DNA of 64,000 bases from Actinomycetota bacterium (GTDB lineage: Bacteria; Actinomycetota; Thermoleophilia; Gaiellales; F1-60-MAGs149): NCBI GenBank assembly GCA_026392355.1, contig JAPLCF010000036.1, positions 129,054 through 193,053 on the forward strand, written 5' to 3'. The notes below the pieces were generated by a model. It was not told the origin of the DNA. It was given only the letters and a program-made list of their open reading frames with translations, and did not search any database. The stretch's first letter is position 1; every line of letters starts with the position of its first letter. A program made the translations under genes and the position numbers. Positions 8,000 through 19,913 of this stretch are shown here, piece after piece.

Positions 8000-8913
8000 G
8001 CGAGCACCGCGGCGGCGAGACCCGTGCGCACGGCCGGGTCCTTCATCAGCGTCGGTACGACGATGGCGCGCATGGCGAGCGCGTCGAGGTCTGCGGCGAG
8101 TGCTGCGTCCTCCTGATCGAGCACGTATGCCCCGGCCAGCGGCTGCAGGTAGCGCGCCACACCGATCGCATCCGGGCGGTGCCCCATCGACTGGAGCATC
8201 TCGACGAGCGGTCCCTTGACGGCTTTGCCACCGATCACCGGCGAGACGGCCACGGTGTCGTCGCGGCGCGCGATCACGGCATCGCGAACGCCGGCCACGC
8301 CGAGGATCGGGTCGAGCGAAACGAACGGATTGGACGGGGCCAGCACGATGCGGTCGGCTGCGGCAATCGTCTCGAGCACGCCGGGCCCGGGCGTTGCGGC
8401 CTCGATGCCCTCGAAGCGCACGCCCGCGACGGGGTCGGCGGCACGGCGTCGGACGAGCCACTCCTGGAAGGGCAGCTCGCCGTCGTCGGTGGCGATCCAC
8501 GTCCGCAGGCGATCGTCGGTGGCAGGTAGGAGGCGCGTGGCACAGCCCCAGCGGTTGGCGACGTCGGCGGTGATCGACGACAGCGCCTCACCTGCCCGCA
8601 ACCGCCGCGTGCGCGCGACGTGCAGCGCGACGTCCTTGTCGCCGAGGATGAACCAGTCGTCCTCGCCGAGCTCGATCGCGGTGTCCATCAGGTTGCGCGT
8701 GTCGCCCGCCACACCCCAGCCATTGACCGGGTCGATGCGTCCCGTCAGCGTGTACAGCACGGTGTCGAGATCGGGCGAGATCGACAGCCCCCAGTGCTCG
8801 CAGTCGTCGCCGACGTTGCCGATCACCGTCAGCTCACCCGGCGCCAGTGCCTCGTGGAGTGTGAGCGCCATGCGCGCACCGCCCACCCCCCCGGCAATCA
8901 GCGTTACTTGCAC
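7996..8913 (-). CDS. cofD: 2-phospho-L-lactate (or EPPG) transferase CofD/FbiA
   Basis: MQVTLIAGGVGGARM N-terminus and a full-length 305-aa CofD-like protein. Located in the cofC-cofD-cofE operon. Confidence 0.85.
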   Translation of the reverse strand: MQVTLIAGGVGGARMALTLHEALAPGELTVIGNVGDDCEHWGLSISPDLDTVLYTLTGRIDPVNGWGVAGDTRNLMDTAIELGEDDWFILGDKDVALHVARTRRLRAGEALSSITADVANRWGCATRLLPATDDRLRTWIATDDGELPFQEWLVRRRAADPVAGVRFEGIEAATPGPGVLETIAAADRIVLAPSNPFVSLDPILGVAGVRDAVIARRDDTVAVSPVIGGKAVKGPLVEMLQSMGHRPDAIGVARYLQPLAGAYVLDQEDAALAADLDALAMRAIVVPTLMKDPAVRTGLAAAVLA

Positions 8914-9443
8914 GCGGCCTCGAACTCCTGCAGGTCGGCGGGCGTATCGAGATCGCGGGCCAGGCCCGGGCGCACGACGGGCGTACCGCCATGACGAGCC
9001 GCAGACCCCTCGCCGTACGACGGCGTAAAGGCGCTCGGCGGAGAGGCAGCGATGGCGTTGGTTCGGCCATCAGGCGAGGGCGCGATTGCCAGCGGGGTAG
9101 CGGCGGCCAGCAGCGCCTCGATGTCGCTCGTCTCGACATACGGAAGATCGGCCGCGATCACCACGATCGTCGACGCATCGGGATAGGCCGCGAGCCCGCG
9201 CAGCACGCTCCCCGTCAGATCCTCACCGCCATCATCGACCACGACGGTGCCGAGCTCGCGGGCCGCGATATAGGCCATCGGGTCTGACGAGACGATGGCG
9301 ACCTCGAGCCCCGCGCCCTGGCACGCATCGATGACGCGCGTGAGCAACTGCAGCGCGAGGGCATGCCGCTGCTCGGCATCGAGTACCTCGCCAAGGCGCG
9401 ACTTGGCGTCGTCGAGTGACTTGAGCGGAACCAGGGCTATCAT
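8904..9443 (-). CDS. cofC: 2-phospho-L-lactate / phosphoenolpyruvate guanylyltransferase CofC/FbiD
   Basis: N-terminal ALVPLKSLDDAKSRL motif in a 179-aa protein. First gene of the F420 operon, with a 10-nt overlap onto cofD. Confidence 0.7.
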   Translation of the reverse strand: MIALVPLKSLDDAKSRLGEVLDAEQRHALALQLLTRVIDACQGAGLEVAIVSSDPMAYIAARELGTVVVDDGGEDLTGSVLRGLAAYPDASTIVVIAADLPYVETSDIEALLAAATPLAIAPSPDGRTNAIAASPPSAFTPSYGEGSAARHGGTPVVRPGLARDLDTPADLQEFEAACK

Positions 9444-9492
9444 CCAGCGGCAGTCTACGTCCGCCGCGCGCGGGGGACGCGAAGGGAGACCC

Positions 9493-10494
9493 GTGATCCG
9501 GATCGGCTACAAGGCATCGAGCGAGCAGTTCGCTCCGCGGGAACTCCTCGAGTTCGCGGTCCACGCCGACGCGAAGGGCTGGGACACGATCGCGATCTCG
9601 GACCACTTCCAGCCGTTTCGTCATACGGGCGGCCACTCGCCGTTCTCCTTCGCCTGGATGGGCGCGCTCATCGAGCGCACGTGCCACGCGTCGATCGGCA
9701 CCAGCGTCATCACCCCGACTTTCCGCCATCACCCGTCCACGATCGCCCAGGGCTTCGCCACGCTGGCCTGCCTGGCGCCGGGCCGCATCTTCCTCGGTGT
9801 CGGCTCGGGCGAGTCGCTCAACGAGGTGCCGCCGACCGGCATCGAGTGGCCCGAAGGTCCGGAGCGCCTGAAGCGCCTGAAGGAATCGCTCGCGCTGATC
9901 CGCCAGCTCTGGAGCGAGGAGCGCGTGACGTTCGAGGGCGACTACTACTCGACGCGCAGCGCGACGATCTACGACCTGCCCGACGCGCCGCCGCCGATCT
10001 ACGTCGCTGCGGCCGCACCGATGGCGTCGCGCTACGCCGGCGCCACTGCCGACGGCTTCATCACCACGTCCGGCAAGCCGAAGGAGCTCTACACCGAGAA
10101 GCTCCTGCCGGCACTCGCCGAGGGCGCCGAGAAGGCAGGCCGCTCGCTCACCGAGCTTGACCTGCTGATGGAGATCAAGCTCTCGTACCACCCCGACCTC
10201 GATCAGGCCAAGAGCGACTGCGACTTCTGGGCACCGCTCGCGCTGCCCGCCGAGATGAAGCACGGCGTCGAGGACCCGGTCGAGCTCGAGCGGCTGTCGA
10301 AGGACCCGTCCGTCGATCCGACGAGCCGCTTCATCTGCACGAACGACCCCGACGAGGCCGTCGAACGCATTGCCGCCTACGTGGAGATGGGGTTCACGAA
10401 CCTCGTCTTCCACTACCCGGGTGCGGATCAGATCGGGTTCATCGACCGCTTCGAGGCCGACCTCCGGCCGCGCATCGCAGCGCGCTGGGGTTAG
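9493..10494 (+). CDS. fgd: F420-dependent glucose-6-phosphate dehydrogenase
   Basis: GTG start at Val67 of the track ORF, preceded by GAAGGGAG. The protein IRIGYKASSEQFAPRELLEFAV...SDHFQPFRHTGGHSPFSFAWM...GVGSGESLNE is colinear with mycobacterial Fgd1 as I recall it. Confidence 0.85.
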   Translation: MIRIGYKASSEQFAPRELLEFAVHADAKGWDTIAISDHFQPFRHTGGHSPFSFAWMGALIERTCHASIGTSVITPTFRHHPSTIAQGFATLACLAPGRIFLGVGSGESLNEVPPTGIEWPEGPERLKRLKESLALIRQLWSEERVTFEGDYYSTRSATIYDLPDAPPPIYVAAAAPMASRYAGATADGFITTSGKPKELYTEKLLPALAEGAEKAGRSLTELDLLMEIKLSYHPDLDQAKSDCDFWAPLALPAEMKHGVEDPVELERLSKDPSVDPTSRFICTNDPDEAVERIAAYVEMGFTNLVFHYPGADQIGFIDRFEADLRPRIAARWG

Positions 10495-10503
10495 GCTGCC
10501 GGG

Positions 10504-12924
10504 GTGCTGACCGACGCCGAGGCTCTCGCGCTCGCCGAAGATCCCTCGCCGGATCTGGCGACACTCTGTGCTGACGCACGCGCGCGCCGCGACGCCGCCT
10601 ACGGCGTCGTGGTGACGTACTCGCCCAAGGTCTTCATCCCGCTAACGATGCTGTGCCGGGACGTCTGCCACTACTGCACCTTCACGAAGCCCCCCAAGAA
10701 GGGCGAGCGGTCGTACCTCACGCCTGACGAGGTTGTGGCGCTGGCCGAGCAGGGCAAGGCGGCCGGGTGCCGCGAGGCGCTCTTCACCCTCGGTGACAAG
10801 CCCGAGCTCCGCTACGAGGCAGCGCGGCTCGAGCTGGCGGAGCTCGGCTTCGAGACGACCGTCGCCTATCTCGTGCACTGCATGGAGCGGGTGCTCACCG
10901 AGACCGGCCTGCTGCCCCACGCCAACCCCGGCATCCTCAGCGACGCAGAACTGGCGGCCACGCGTGCGTGGTCGCCGAGCCAGGGGATCATGCTCGAGAC
11001 GGCGAGCGCTCGGCTGAGCGAGAAGGGCATGCCGCACTACGGCTCGCCCGATAAGGAGCCCTCGGTGCGCCTCGACGCGCTGCGCCGGATGGGCGCGCAC
11101 AAGATCCCGACTACGTCGGGCATCCTGATCGGCATCGGCGAGACACGCCGCGAGCAGGTCGAGGCGCTGCTGGCGCTGCGCGAGTTGCACGCCGAGCACG
11201 GGCATCTGCAGGAGGTAATCGTCCAGAACTTCCGTGCCAAGGCCGGCACAAAGATGGTCGATGCGCCTGAGCCGTCGCTCGACGAGCACCTGTGGACGCT
11301 CGCGATGGCGCGCCTGATCCTGCCCGACGAGGTGAGCCTGCAGGCGCCGCCGAACCTCGCGCACGCCGACTTCCCGCGTCTGCTCGAAGCGGGCATCAAC
11401 GACTGGGGCGGCGTCTCGCCCGTCACGCCCGATCACGTGAACCCCGAGGCACCGTGGCCCGAGCTTGAGGTGCTGGAGGCCCGTACCAGTGAGGCCAGCC
11501 ACACGCTGCTGCCGCGCCTCACCGTGTACCCGCGCTTCCTCAACACCGAGTGGACCGAGCCCGCGCCGCTCGCCGCCGCACTCAAGCTCGCCGATGGCCA
11601 GTTGCGATCGCGCCCGCACGACGACTGGGTCAACGGCATCTCACAGTCGCCACCCGCCGCCTGGAGCGATGGACCGCCCGCCCGCCTTGGTGCGATCTCC
11701 ACCGACTTCGCCCGCGCCATCAAGCGCGCCGAGGCCGAGGAGCTGCTCGAGCTCGAGGACACCGAGGCGCTCCTGACCGCTCGCGGTCCCGAGCTCGCGC
11801 GCCTCGTCGAGCTCGCCGACCAGCGCCGCTGGGAACGCGCCGGCGATGACGTGACGTACGTCGTCTGCCGGAACATCAACTACACCAACGTCTGCTACTT
11901 CAAGTGCGGCTTCTGCGCCTTCTCGAAGGGTCGCCTCGCGGAGAACCTGCGCGGTCCCGCCTACCTGCTCGACGTCGATGAGGTCGCTCGGCGCTCGGTC
12001 GAGGCGTGGCAGCGCGGCGGCACCGAGGTGTGTCTGCAGGGCGGCATCCACCCGGGCTTCACCGGCGAGTGGTACCTCGACGTACTGCGCGCCGTGAAGG
12101 CCGCGCAGCCTGAGATCCACGTGCACGCGTTTTCGCCGCTCGAGGTCTGGCAGGGCGCGGCCACCATGCAGTGGACGCTGGCCGATTACCTGCGCCAGCT
12201 GAAGGAGGCCGGGCTCGGCAGCATGCCCGGCACCGCCGCCGAGATCCTCGACGACGAGGTCCGCGCCGTCCTCTGCCCCGACAAGGTGAACACCGAGCAG
12301 TGGCTCGAGGTGATGCGCACTGCGCACTCCGTCGGCGTGCGCACGACGGCGACGATCATGTTCGGCCACGTCGAGCGTCCCGTCCACGTGGCGCGCCACC
12401 TGCATCGCATCCGCGACCTGCAGCGTGAGACGGGTGGCTTCACCGAGTTTGTGCCGCTGCCGTTCGTGCCCGAGGAGGCGCCGATCGCGCTGAAGGGCAA
12501 GGCGCGTTACGGCCCGACCTTCGACGAGACGATCGCCCTCCACGCCACCGCGCGGCTGGCCCTCGACCCGTGGATCCCGAGCATCCAGACCTCGTGGGTG
12601 AAGCTCGGTCCCGAAGGCGCGCGCCACATGCTCGGCGCGGGCGTGAACGATCTCGGTGGCACGCTGATGGACGAGTCGATCTCACGCGCGGCGGGTGCCG
12701 CCCACGGCCAGGAGTGCCCGCCCGAGCGGATGGATGAGATCATCGCCGCCGCCGGCCGCGACGCGTACCAGCGCACGACGCTCTACGGCCGCCCCGACGC
12801 GGCGCAGGTTGCGCGCTCCTACGGCGCGCCGCCGCTCGCCGACACGACACCGCCCGCGTACGACGATCTCGGTCTCAAGCGCCCCGCGACGCTGATTCGC
12901 CCGGGCCTCGCCGGCGTCAGCTGA
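10504..12924 (+). CDS. fbiC: FO synthase, fused CofG/CofH (7,8-didemethyl-8-hydroxy-5-deazariboflavin synthase)
   Basis: 806-aa protein with two radical-SAM CxxxCxxC motifs (CRDVCHYCTF and CYFKCGFCAF), characteristic of bifunctional FbiC. Confidence 0.95.
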   Translation: MLTDAEALALAEDPSPDLATLCADARARRDAAYGVVVTYSPKVFIPLTMLCRDVCHYCTFTKPPKKGERSYLTPDEVVALAEQGKAAGCREALFTLGDKPELRYEAARLELAELGFETTVAYLVHCMERVLTETGLLPHANPGILSDAELAATRAWSPSQGIMLETASARLSEKGMPHYGSPDKEPSVRLDALRRMGAHKIPTTSGILIGIGETRREQVEALLALRELHAEHGHLQEVIVQNFRAKAGTKMVDAPEPSLDEHLWTLAMARLILPDEVSLQAPPNLAHADFPRLLEAGINDWGGVSPVTPDHVNPEAPWPELEVLEARTSEASHTLLPRLTVYPRFLNTEWTEPAPLAAALKLADGQLRSRPHDDWVNGISQSPPAAWSDGPPARLGAISTDFARAIKRAEAEELLELEDTEALLTARGPELARLVELADQRRWERAGDDVTYVVCRNINYTNVCYFKCGFCAFSKGRLAENLRGPAYLLDVDEVARRSVEAWQRGGTEVCLQGGIHPGFTGEWYLDVLRAVKAAQPEIHVHAFSPLEVWQGAATMQWTLADYLRQLKEAGLGSMPGTAAEILDDEVRAVLCPDKVNTEQWLEVMRTAHSVGVRTTATIMFGHVERPVHVARHLHRIRDLQRETGGFTEFVPLPFVPEEAPIALKGKARYGPTFDETIALHATARLALDPWIPSIQTSWVKLGPEGARHMLGAGVNDLGGTLMDESISRAAGAAHGQECPPERMDEIIAAAGRDAYQRTTLYGRPDAAQVARSYGAPPLADTTPPAYDDLGLKRPATLIRPGLAGVS

Positions 12925-13474
12925 CGCGCTGCGCGCGGGCGAGCACCACCGCTGCTGCCGCACACACGACCGCTCCACCCAGCAGCCAGCCGCCGAGGAT
13001 GTCGCTCGGCCAGTGCACGCCGAGGACGAGTCGGCTCGGTGCCATCAGAATCCCGATGGCCAGGGCCATCGCGCCGATGACGCGCGGCAGGCGGCCGCCG
13101 ACGGGAGCGAGCAGCAGGACCGCGCCGAGCACCGCCCACGACGTGATGCCGCTCATGGCGTGACCCGACGGGAACGCCGCGGTCAGCGGCTGGAAGGCCG
13201 ACTCGGACCACGACGGGCGCTCCCGACCGACCAGTTGCTTGACGAGGTTCTGCGCGGCGAAGCCGCCGATGGCGCTCCACATCAGCCACTGGGCCCACCG
13301 CCGATGCGGCCGCCAGAGCAGCGCGACGGCAACCGCCATCACCGCGGCGGTGCCGACATCGCGCGTGGCGAGGCCGAGCGAATCGGCCGGCGAGACGAGC
13401 CAGGCGGGCCGGCCGACCAGCGCGTGACCGAGCGAGCGATCCAGCTCGAGCAGGGGGCTCCACGATGACACCAC
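12917..13474 (-). CDS. PAP2 family (type 2 phosphatidic acid phosphatase-like) membrane phosphatase
   Basis: PAP2 motifs KQLVGRERP, PSGHA and SRLVLGVHWPSD. Start is uncertain. GTG 13474 is the first canonical start that does not overlap the argG remnant, but it truncates a predicted N-terminal TM helix. The track ORF extends to 13717. Confidence 0.6.
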   Translation of the reverse strand: MVSSWSPLLELDRSLGHALVGRPAWLVSPADSLGLATRDVGTAAVMAVAVALLWRPHRRWAQWLMWSAIGGFAAQNLVKQLVGRERPSWSESAFQPLTAAFPSGHAMSGITSWAVLGAVLLLAPVGGRLPRVIGAMALAIGILMAPSRLVLGVHWPSDILGGWLLGGAVVCAAAAVVLARAQRVS

Positions 13475-13547
13475 GGCGAGCCCGAGCAGCAGGAACAGCC
13501 CGAGCAGGACACCCGCCGCGATCGCGAGCGACCGGGCGCGGGGGGCG

Positions 13548-15845
<2,298 letters not shown>

Positions 15846-15849
<4 letters not shown>

Positions 15850-16856
15850 AGCTCGGCCACGAAGATCTCGGACGGCGACGCGTGCTTGAAGCGCTGGCGC
15901 TCCACCACCGCGACGCAGGCGATCGTGAGGGCGATGCCGAGCGCCTGCAGCGGTGAGAGGAGCTGACCGAGCACGAACCACGCAAGCAGCGGTGCCACGA
16001 TCGGCTCCGTCATGCCCGCCATGCTGCCTGCCCCAGCGCCAATCCGGGTGAAGCCGACGATGATCAGCGCATACGGGACGATGCTGCCGAAGACGATCGC
16101 GAAGAGCACAGCCACGCCGACCGGAATCGAGGCCTGCAGGCGACCGTCAAGCTGGGTCTGGACGGTCATCAGATCGAACGGCAGCTGCCAGAACGGCACC
16201 AGCGGCACCCAGATCAGTGCAGCCACCAGCATGCCCGCACCGGTGCGGGCCATCGGCGCCAGTGACTGCGGCTGGCGCGCACCGAGGATCGCCTGCCCCG
16301 CAAACGAGAACGCCGTCAGCAGTGCGAAGGCAATACCCACTATCGAAATGGCACCGATCCCTCCCGACCCGCCGACCACGGCCACGGCGACTCCAGCAAC
16401 GGCAAGCGCCATGGCGAGGTAGGCGAGCAACGGCAGCCGCTCGGCATGGAAGAGGCGCTGGTACGCGGCGACCAGGAGCGGGCCCGTGTAGACGATCACG
16501 AGCGCAACGGCGATGTCCATACGCGAGATCGCCTCGTAATAGAAGGCCTGGGCCAGCACGATCCCGACGAGCGCGAAGAGCGCAATCGGCACGAGATCGC
16601 GCCGCGTCAACCGCCGGGCAGCCAGCACCACGAACGGCAGCATCAGGAGCCCGGCACCGTACGAGCGGAACGCCGCCAGCTCCAGCGGCGCAACGCCACC
16701 GTCGAACGCGGCCTTGCTGATCACTCCGGTGCAGGCGAAAAGCACCGAGCCGCCGATCACCATCAGGTAGCCAGTTCGTCGGGAGATCACACCGAGCATC
16801 GTGCCTGAGCGCTGGACATACTGCGCTATGGGCCGGTCAAAGTTCGACGGGCGCAT
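15846..16856 (-). CDS. EamA/DMT-superfamily transporter (paralog 2 of 3)
   Basis: Same architecture as its neighbours. The alternative start at Met20 (16799) is equally plausible. Confidence 0.7.
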
Positions 16857-17832
16857 CCGGCGCGTCGATCCGGCGCGTCCGGATCCGCGCCGCCTCGACC
16901 ACCAGGATCGCCGTCACCGTCAACCCGATGCCAACCATCTGGAGCCCCGCGAGATACTGCCCCAGCAGCGCCCAGGCCACGGCAGCGGCGAGCACCGGTT
17001 CGGACATGCCGACCACGCTCGATGCGCCCGCCCCCACCAAGCTCGTACCGGCGACCCAGGCCACGAAGACACCAACCGACCCGATCAGGATCGCAAAGGC
17101 GATGGCGACCCAGAGCGGCATCGAGAAGCCGAGCCCCCCGGTGAAGCTCGCCGTCGCGCCGAGCAGATCGAAGGGCAGCGTCCACGGCGGCACGATCACG
17201 CAGAACGCCACGGCGGCGGCCACCATGCTGGCTGCCGTTCGCGCGAGCGGCGGTAGCTCCGTCGGCAGACGTGCCGCGAGAATCACCGAAACGCCGTAGG
17301 CGATCATCGAGATGGTCGCGAAGATCAGCCCACGCATGGTGATGCCACCGATGCCACCCCCGGCAACTGCGAGCGCGACACCACCGATGGCGACGACGAT
17401 CGCGGCGTACGCGTATACCGGGAGCGTCGCGCCCAGATACACCCGCTCGTACAGCGTCACGAAGATGGGCGCCGTGAAGATGATCACCAGCACGATGGCC
17501 ACGTCGGAATCCTGAAACGCGATGAAGGCAGTGCCCTGCCCGAGCACCAGCCCAATCACGGCGAAGGCGGCGATCGGCAACAGATGCGAGCGGCGAATCC
17601 GCCGAAGCACCGGGATCAGGAAGACCAGAAGGATGAGCCCGCCGCCGTAGATGCGTGTAGCCGAGAGTTGCAGTGGCTCGACCCCCGTATCGATGATCAG
17701 ACGAGCGAAGACCACGTTGAATGCGGCTAGCGCCGCCGAGGTGAAGACGAGGATGTAGCCAAGCACCACGAGGTTCGAACGCGAGGAGGTGGTGCGTGCC
17801 GACGCCACGTCAGCACCGTACCGCGCACGCAC
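16837..17832 (-). CDS. EamA/DMT-superfamily transporter (paralog 3 of 3)
   Basis: 331-aa multi-TM protein and first gene of the co-directional eamA x3 - argG remnant - PAP2 string. Confidence 0.7.
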   Translation of the reverse strand: MRARYGADVASARTTSSRSNLVVLGYILVFTSAALAAFNVVFARLIIDTGVEPLQLSATRIYGGGLILLVFLIPVLRRIRRSHLLPIAAFAVIGLVLGQGTAFIAFQDSDVAIVLVIIFTAPIFVTLYERVYLGATLPVYAYAAIVVAIGGVALAVAGGGIGGITMRGLIFATISMIAYGVSVILAARLPTELPPLARTAASMVAAAVAFCVIVPPWTLPFDLLGATASFTGGLGFSMPLWVAIAFAILIGSVGVFVAWVAGTSLVGAGASSVVGMSEPVLAAAVAWALLGQYLAGLQMVGIGLTVTAILVVEAARIRTRRIDAPDAPVEL

Positions 17833-17881
17833 CCATCTCCGCCTACGTATCAGTCGCAGGCGCGCCGGTTACGCTCCCGAC

Positions 17882-18340
17882 ATGAGCAACGAGAAGACCC
17901 TGTTCCTCGAGGACCTGCCCGTCGGGACCGTCCTCACGTCGTCGGCCCGCACGATCTCGGCCCAGGACATCAGCGACTACTGCGACCTGTCCGGCGATCA
18001 CAACCCGCTGCACAAGGACGACGAGTGGGTGCGCGCCAACACGCCGTTCGAGCAGCGCATCGCGCACGGCCTGCTCGTGCTCGGCGCGTCGTCCGGCACG
18101 CCGTGCCCGGAGATGGATGCGCTGCTGATCATCGCCTACCTCTCCGAGTCGCGGAACTTCAAGGCGCCGACGTACCCGGGCGAGTCGATCGTCACGGAGT
18201 GGAAGGTCGTTGAGAACCGCGCGTCGAAGTCGAAGCCCGATCAGGGGCTCGTCACGTTCGCCGTCACCTGTACCAAGCAGGACGGCACTGTTGTGCAGGA
18301 CGGCGAGGATCTGCTGCTCGTCGCCAAGCGGCCAAGCTGA
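17882..18340 (+). CDS. MaoC-like (R)-specific enoyl-CoA hydratase / hotdog-fold dehydratase
   Basis: Hydratase motif SGDHNPLHKD in a 152-aa hotdog-size protein. ATG is at Met32 of the track ORF. Confidence 0.75.
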   Translation: MSNEKTLFLEDLPVGTVLTSSARTISAQDISDYCDLSGDHNPLHKDDEWVRANTPFEQRIAHGLLVLGASSGTPCPEMDALLIIAYLSESRNFKAPTYPGESIVTEWKVVENRASKSKPDQGLVTFAVTCTKQDGTVVQDGEDLLLVAKRPS

Positions 18341-18357
18341 GCCCCCGAAAACGACAC

Positions 18358-18391
18358 AGGGGCGGAACGGCCCTACGGCCGAACCGCCCCT
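18358..18391. terminator. GC-rich hairpin between convergent maoC-like and trpB2 genes
   Basis: AGGGGCGGaaCGGCC-ctac-GGCCGaaCCGCCCCT. A second small stem, ACGCCCG-ccCTA-CGGGCGT, lies at 18428..18446. Confidence 0.45.
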
Positions 18392-18476
18392 GCTGTCGTC
18401 GACGTACGTGCTCAGTGCGCACTTCCGACGCCCGCCCTACGGGCGTACGTCATTCGTACGCGCTGCTCACGCCCGT

Positions 18477-19838
18477 CTACGCGATAGCCGGCAGACCCTC
18501 GAGGCTCTTCGCCGCGGCGTCGAGCTCCGACTGCGGCAGCTCGATGTCCTCCATCGTGCCGCTGAAGAACGCGTCGTAGGCGGCAAGGTCGAAGTTGCCG
18601 TGACCGCAGAGGTTGAACAGGATCGTCTTGGAGACGCCCTCCTCGCGGGCCCGCTCGACCTCGGCAACGACTTGACGAATCGCATGCGTCGGCTCGGGCG
18701 CCGGGATGATGCCCTCGGTGCGGGCGAAGCGCACGGCCTCGGTGAAGCACTCGCGCTGCGGATAGGCGACGGCCTCGATCAGGCCGAGGTTCAGCAGGTG
18801 CGAGACCATCGGCGCAGCGCCGTGGTAGCGCAGGCCACCCGAGTGAATCGTGTCGGGGATGAAGCCGTGGCCGAGCGTATGCATCGGCATCAGCGGCGTC
18901 AGCTGCGCCGTGTCGCCGAAGTCGTAGCCGTAGTGGCCGCGCGTCAGCGTCGGGCAGGCGGCGGGCTCGACGGCCACGACGCGGATGTCCTTGCCAGCGA
19001 TCTTGTCGGCGAGGAACGGGTACGCAATGCCGGCGAAGTTCGAACCACCGCCGACGCAACCGACGACGACGTCGGGGTACGCCCCGGCCTCCTTCAGCTG
19101 CTCCTGGGCCTCCTGACCGATGACCGTCTGGTGCAGCAGCACGTGGTTGAGCACCGAGCCGAGCGCGTACTTGGTGTCATCGCGCGTGGCGGCGTCCTCG
19201 ACGGCTTCGGAGATCGCGATGCCGAGGCTGCCGGGGCAGTTCGGGTCGGTCTCGAGGATGGCGCGGCCGGCGTTCGTGTCCATCGACGGGCTGGCGACGA
19301 TCGAGCCGCCCCACGTCTCGATCATGGAGCGGCGGAACGGCTTGGCGTCGTACGACGCACGCACCTGGTAGACCTTGATCTCAAGGTCGAACTGGGCGCC
19401 CGCGAAGGACAGGGCCGAGCCCCACTGGCCTGCGCCAGTCTCGGTTGCGATGCGCTTGACGCCCTCCTGCTTGTTGTACCAAGCCTGCGGAATGGCGGTG
19501 TTCGGCTTGTGCGAGCCGGCCGGCGAGGTGCCCTCGTACTTGTAGAAGATCTTGCAGTCCGTGCCGAGCGCGGCCTCGAGGTTCTCGGCCCGCAGGAGCG
19601 GCGTCGGGCGCCACATCGCGAGCACGTCGCGGATCGGGTCGGGAATCGCGATCTCGCGCTCGGCCGAGACCTCCTGGCCGATCAGCGCCATCGCGAACAG
19701 CGGCGCAAGGTCGTCGGGACCAATCGGCTGGCCGGTGCCGGGGTGCAGCGGCGGGGGCGGCATGCTCGGCAGGTCGGCGGCAATGTTGTACCAGTGGCGC
19801 GGGACCTGATCGTCCTTGAGCGAGTACTTGCGAGTCAT
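18477..19838 (-). CDS. trpB: TrpB2-type tryptophan synthase beta-like PLP enzyme
   Basis: 453 aa, the long TrpB2 form. PLP-lysine motif GSHKPNTA with HWYNIAADLP at the N-terminus. No trpA is adjacent. Confidence 0.85.
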   Translation of the reverse strand: MTRKYSLKDDQVPRHWYNIAADLPSMPPPPLHPGTGQPIGPDDLAPLFAMALIGQEVSAEREIAIPDPIRDVLAMWRPTPLLRAENLEAALGTDCKIFYKYEGTSPAGSHKPNTAIPQAWYNKQEGVKRIATETGAGQWGSALSFAGAQFDLEIKVYQVRASYDAKPFRRSMIETWGGSIVASPSMDTNAGRAILETDPNCPGSLGIAISEAVEDAATRDDTKYALGSVLNHVLLHQTVIGQEAQEQLKEAGAYPDVVVGCVGGGSNFAGIAYPFLADKIAGKDIRVVAVEPAACPTLTRGHYGYDFGDTAQLTPLMPMHTLGHGFIPDTIHSGGLRYHGAAPMVSHLLNLGLIEAVAYPQRECFTEAVRFARTEGIIPAPEPTHAIRQVVAEVERAREEGVSKTILFNLCGHGNFDLAAYDAFFSGTMEDIELPQSELDAAAKSLEGLPAIA

Positions 19839-19913
19839 GCGATGTTCCCTTTCAGGGACGTGGCAACAGTTAGTGCCGGGATGCTAGCCGGTTTTCGCCG
19901 ATTTGCAGGGAAA

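Noticed and set aside
9232-10413. 393-aa minus-strand ORF opposite fgd
   Set aside because: The + strand product is colinear with Fgd over its whole length. The minus-strand translation has no recognisable features.
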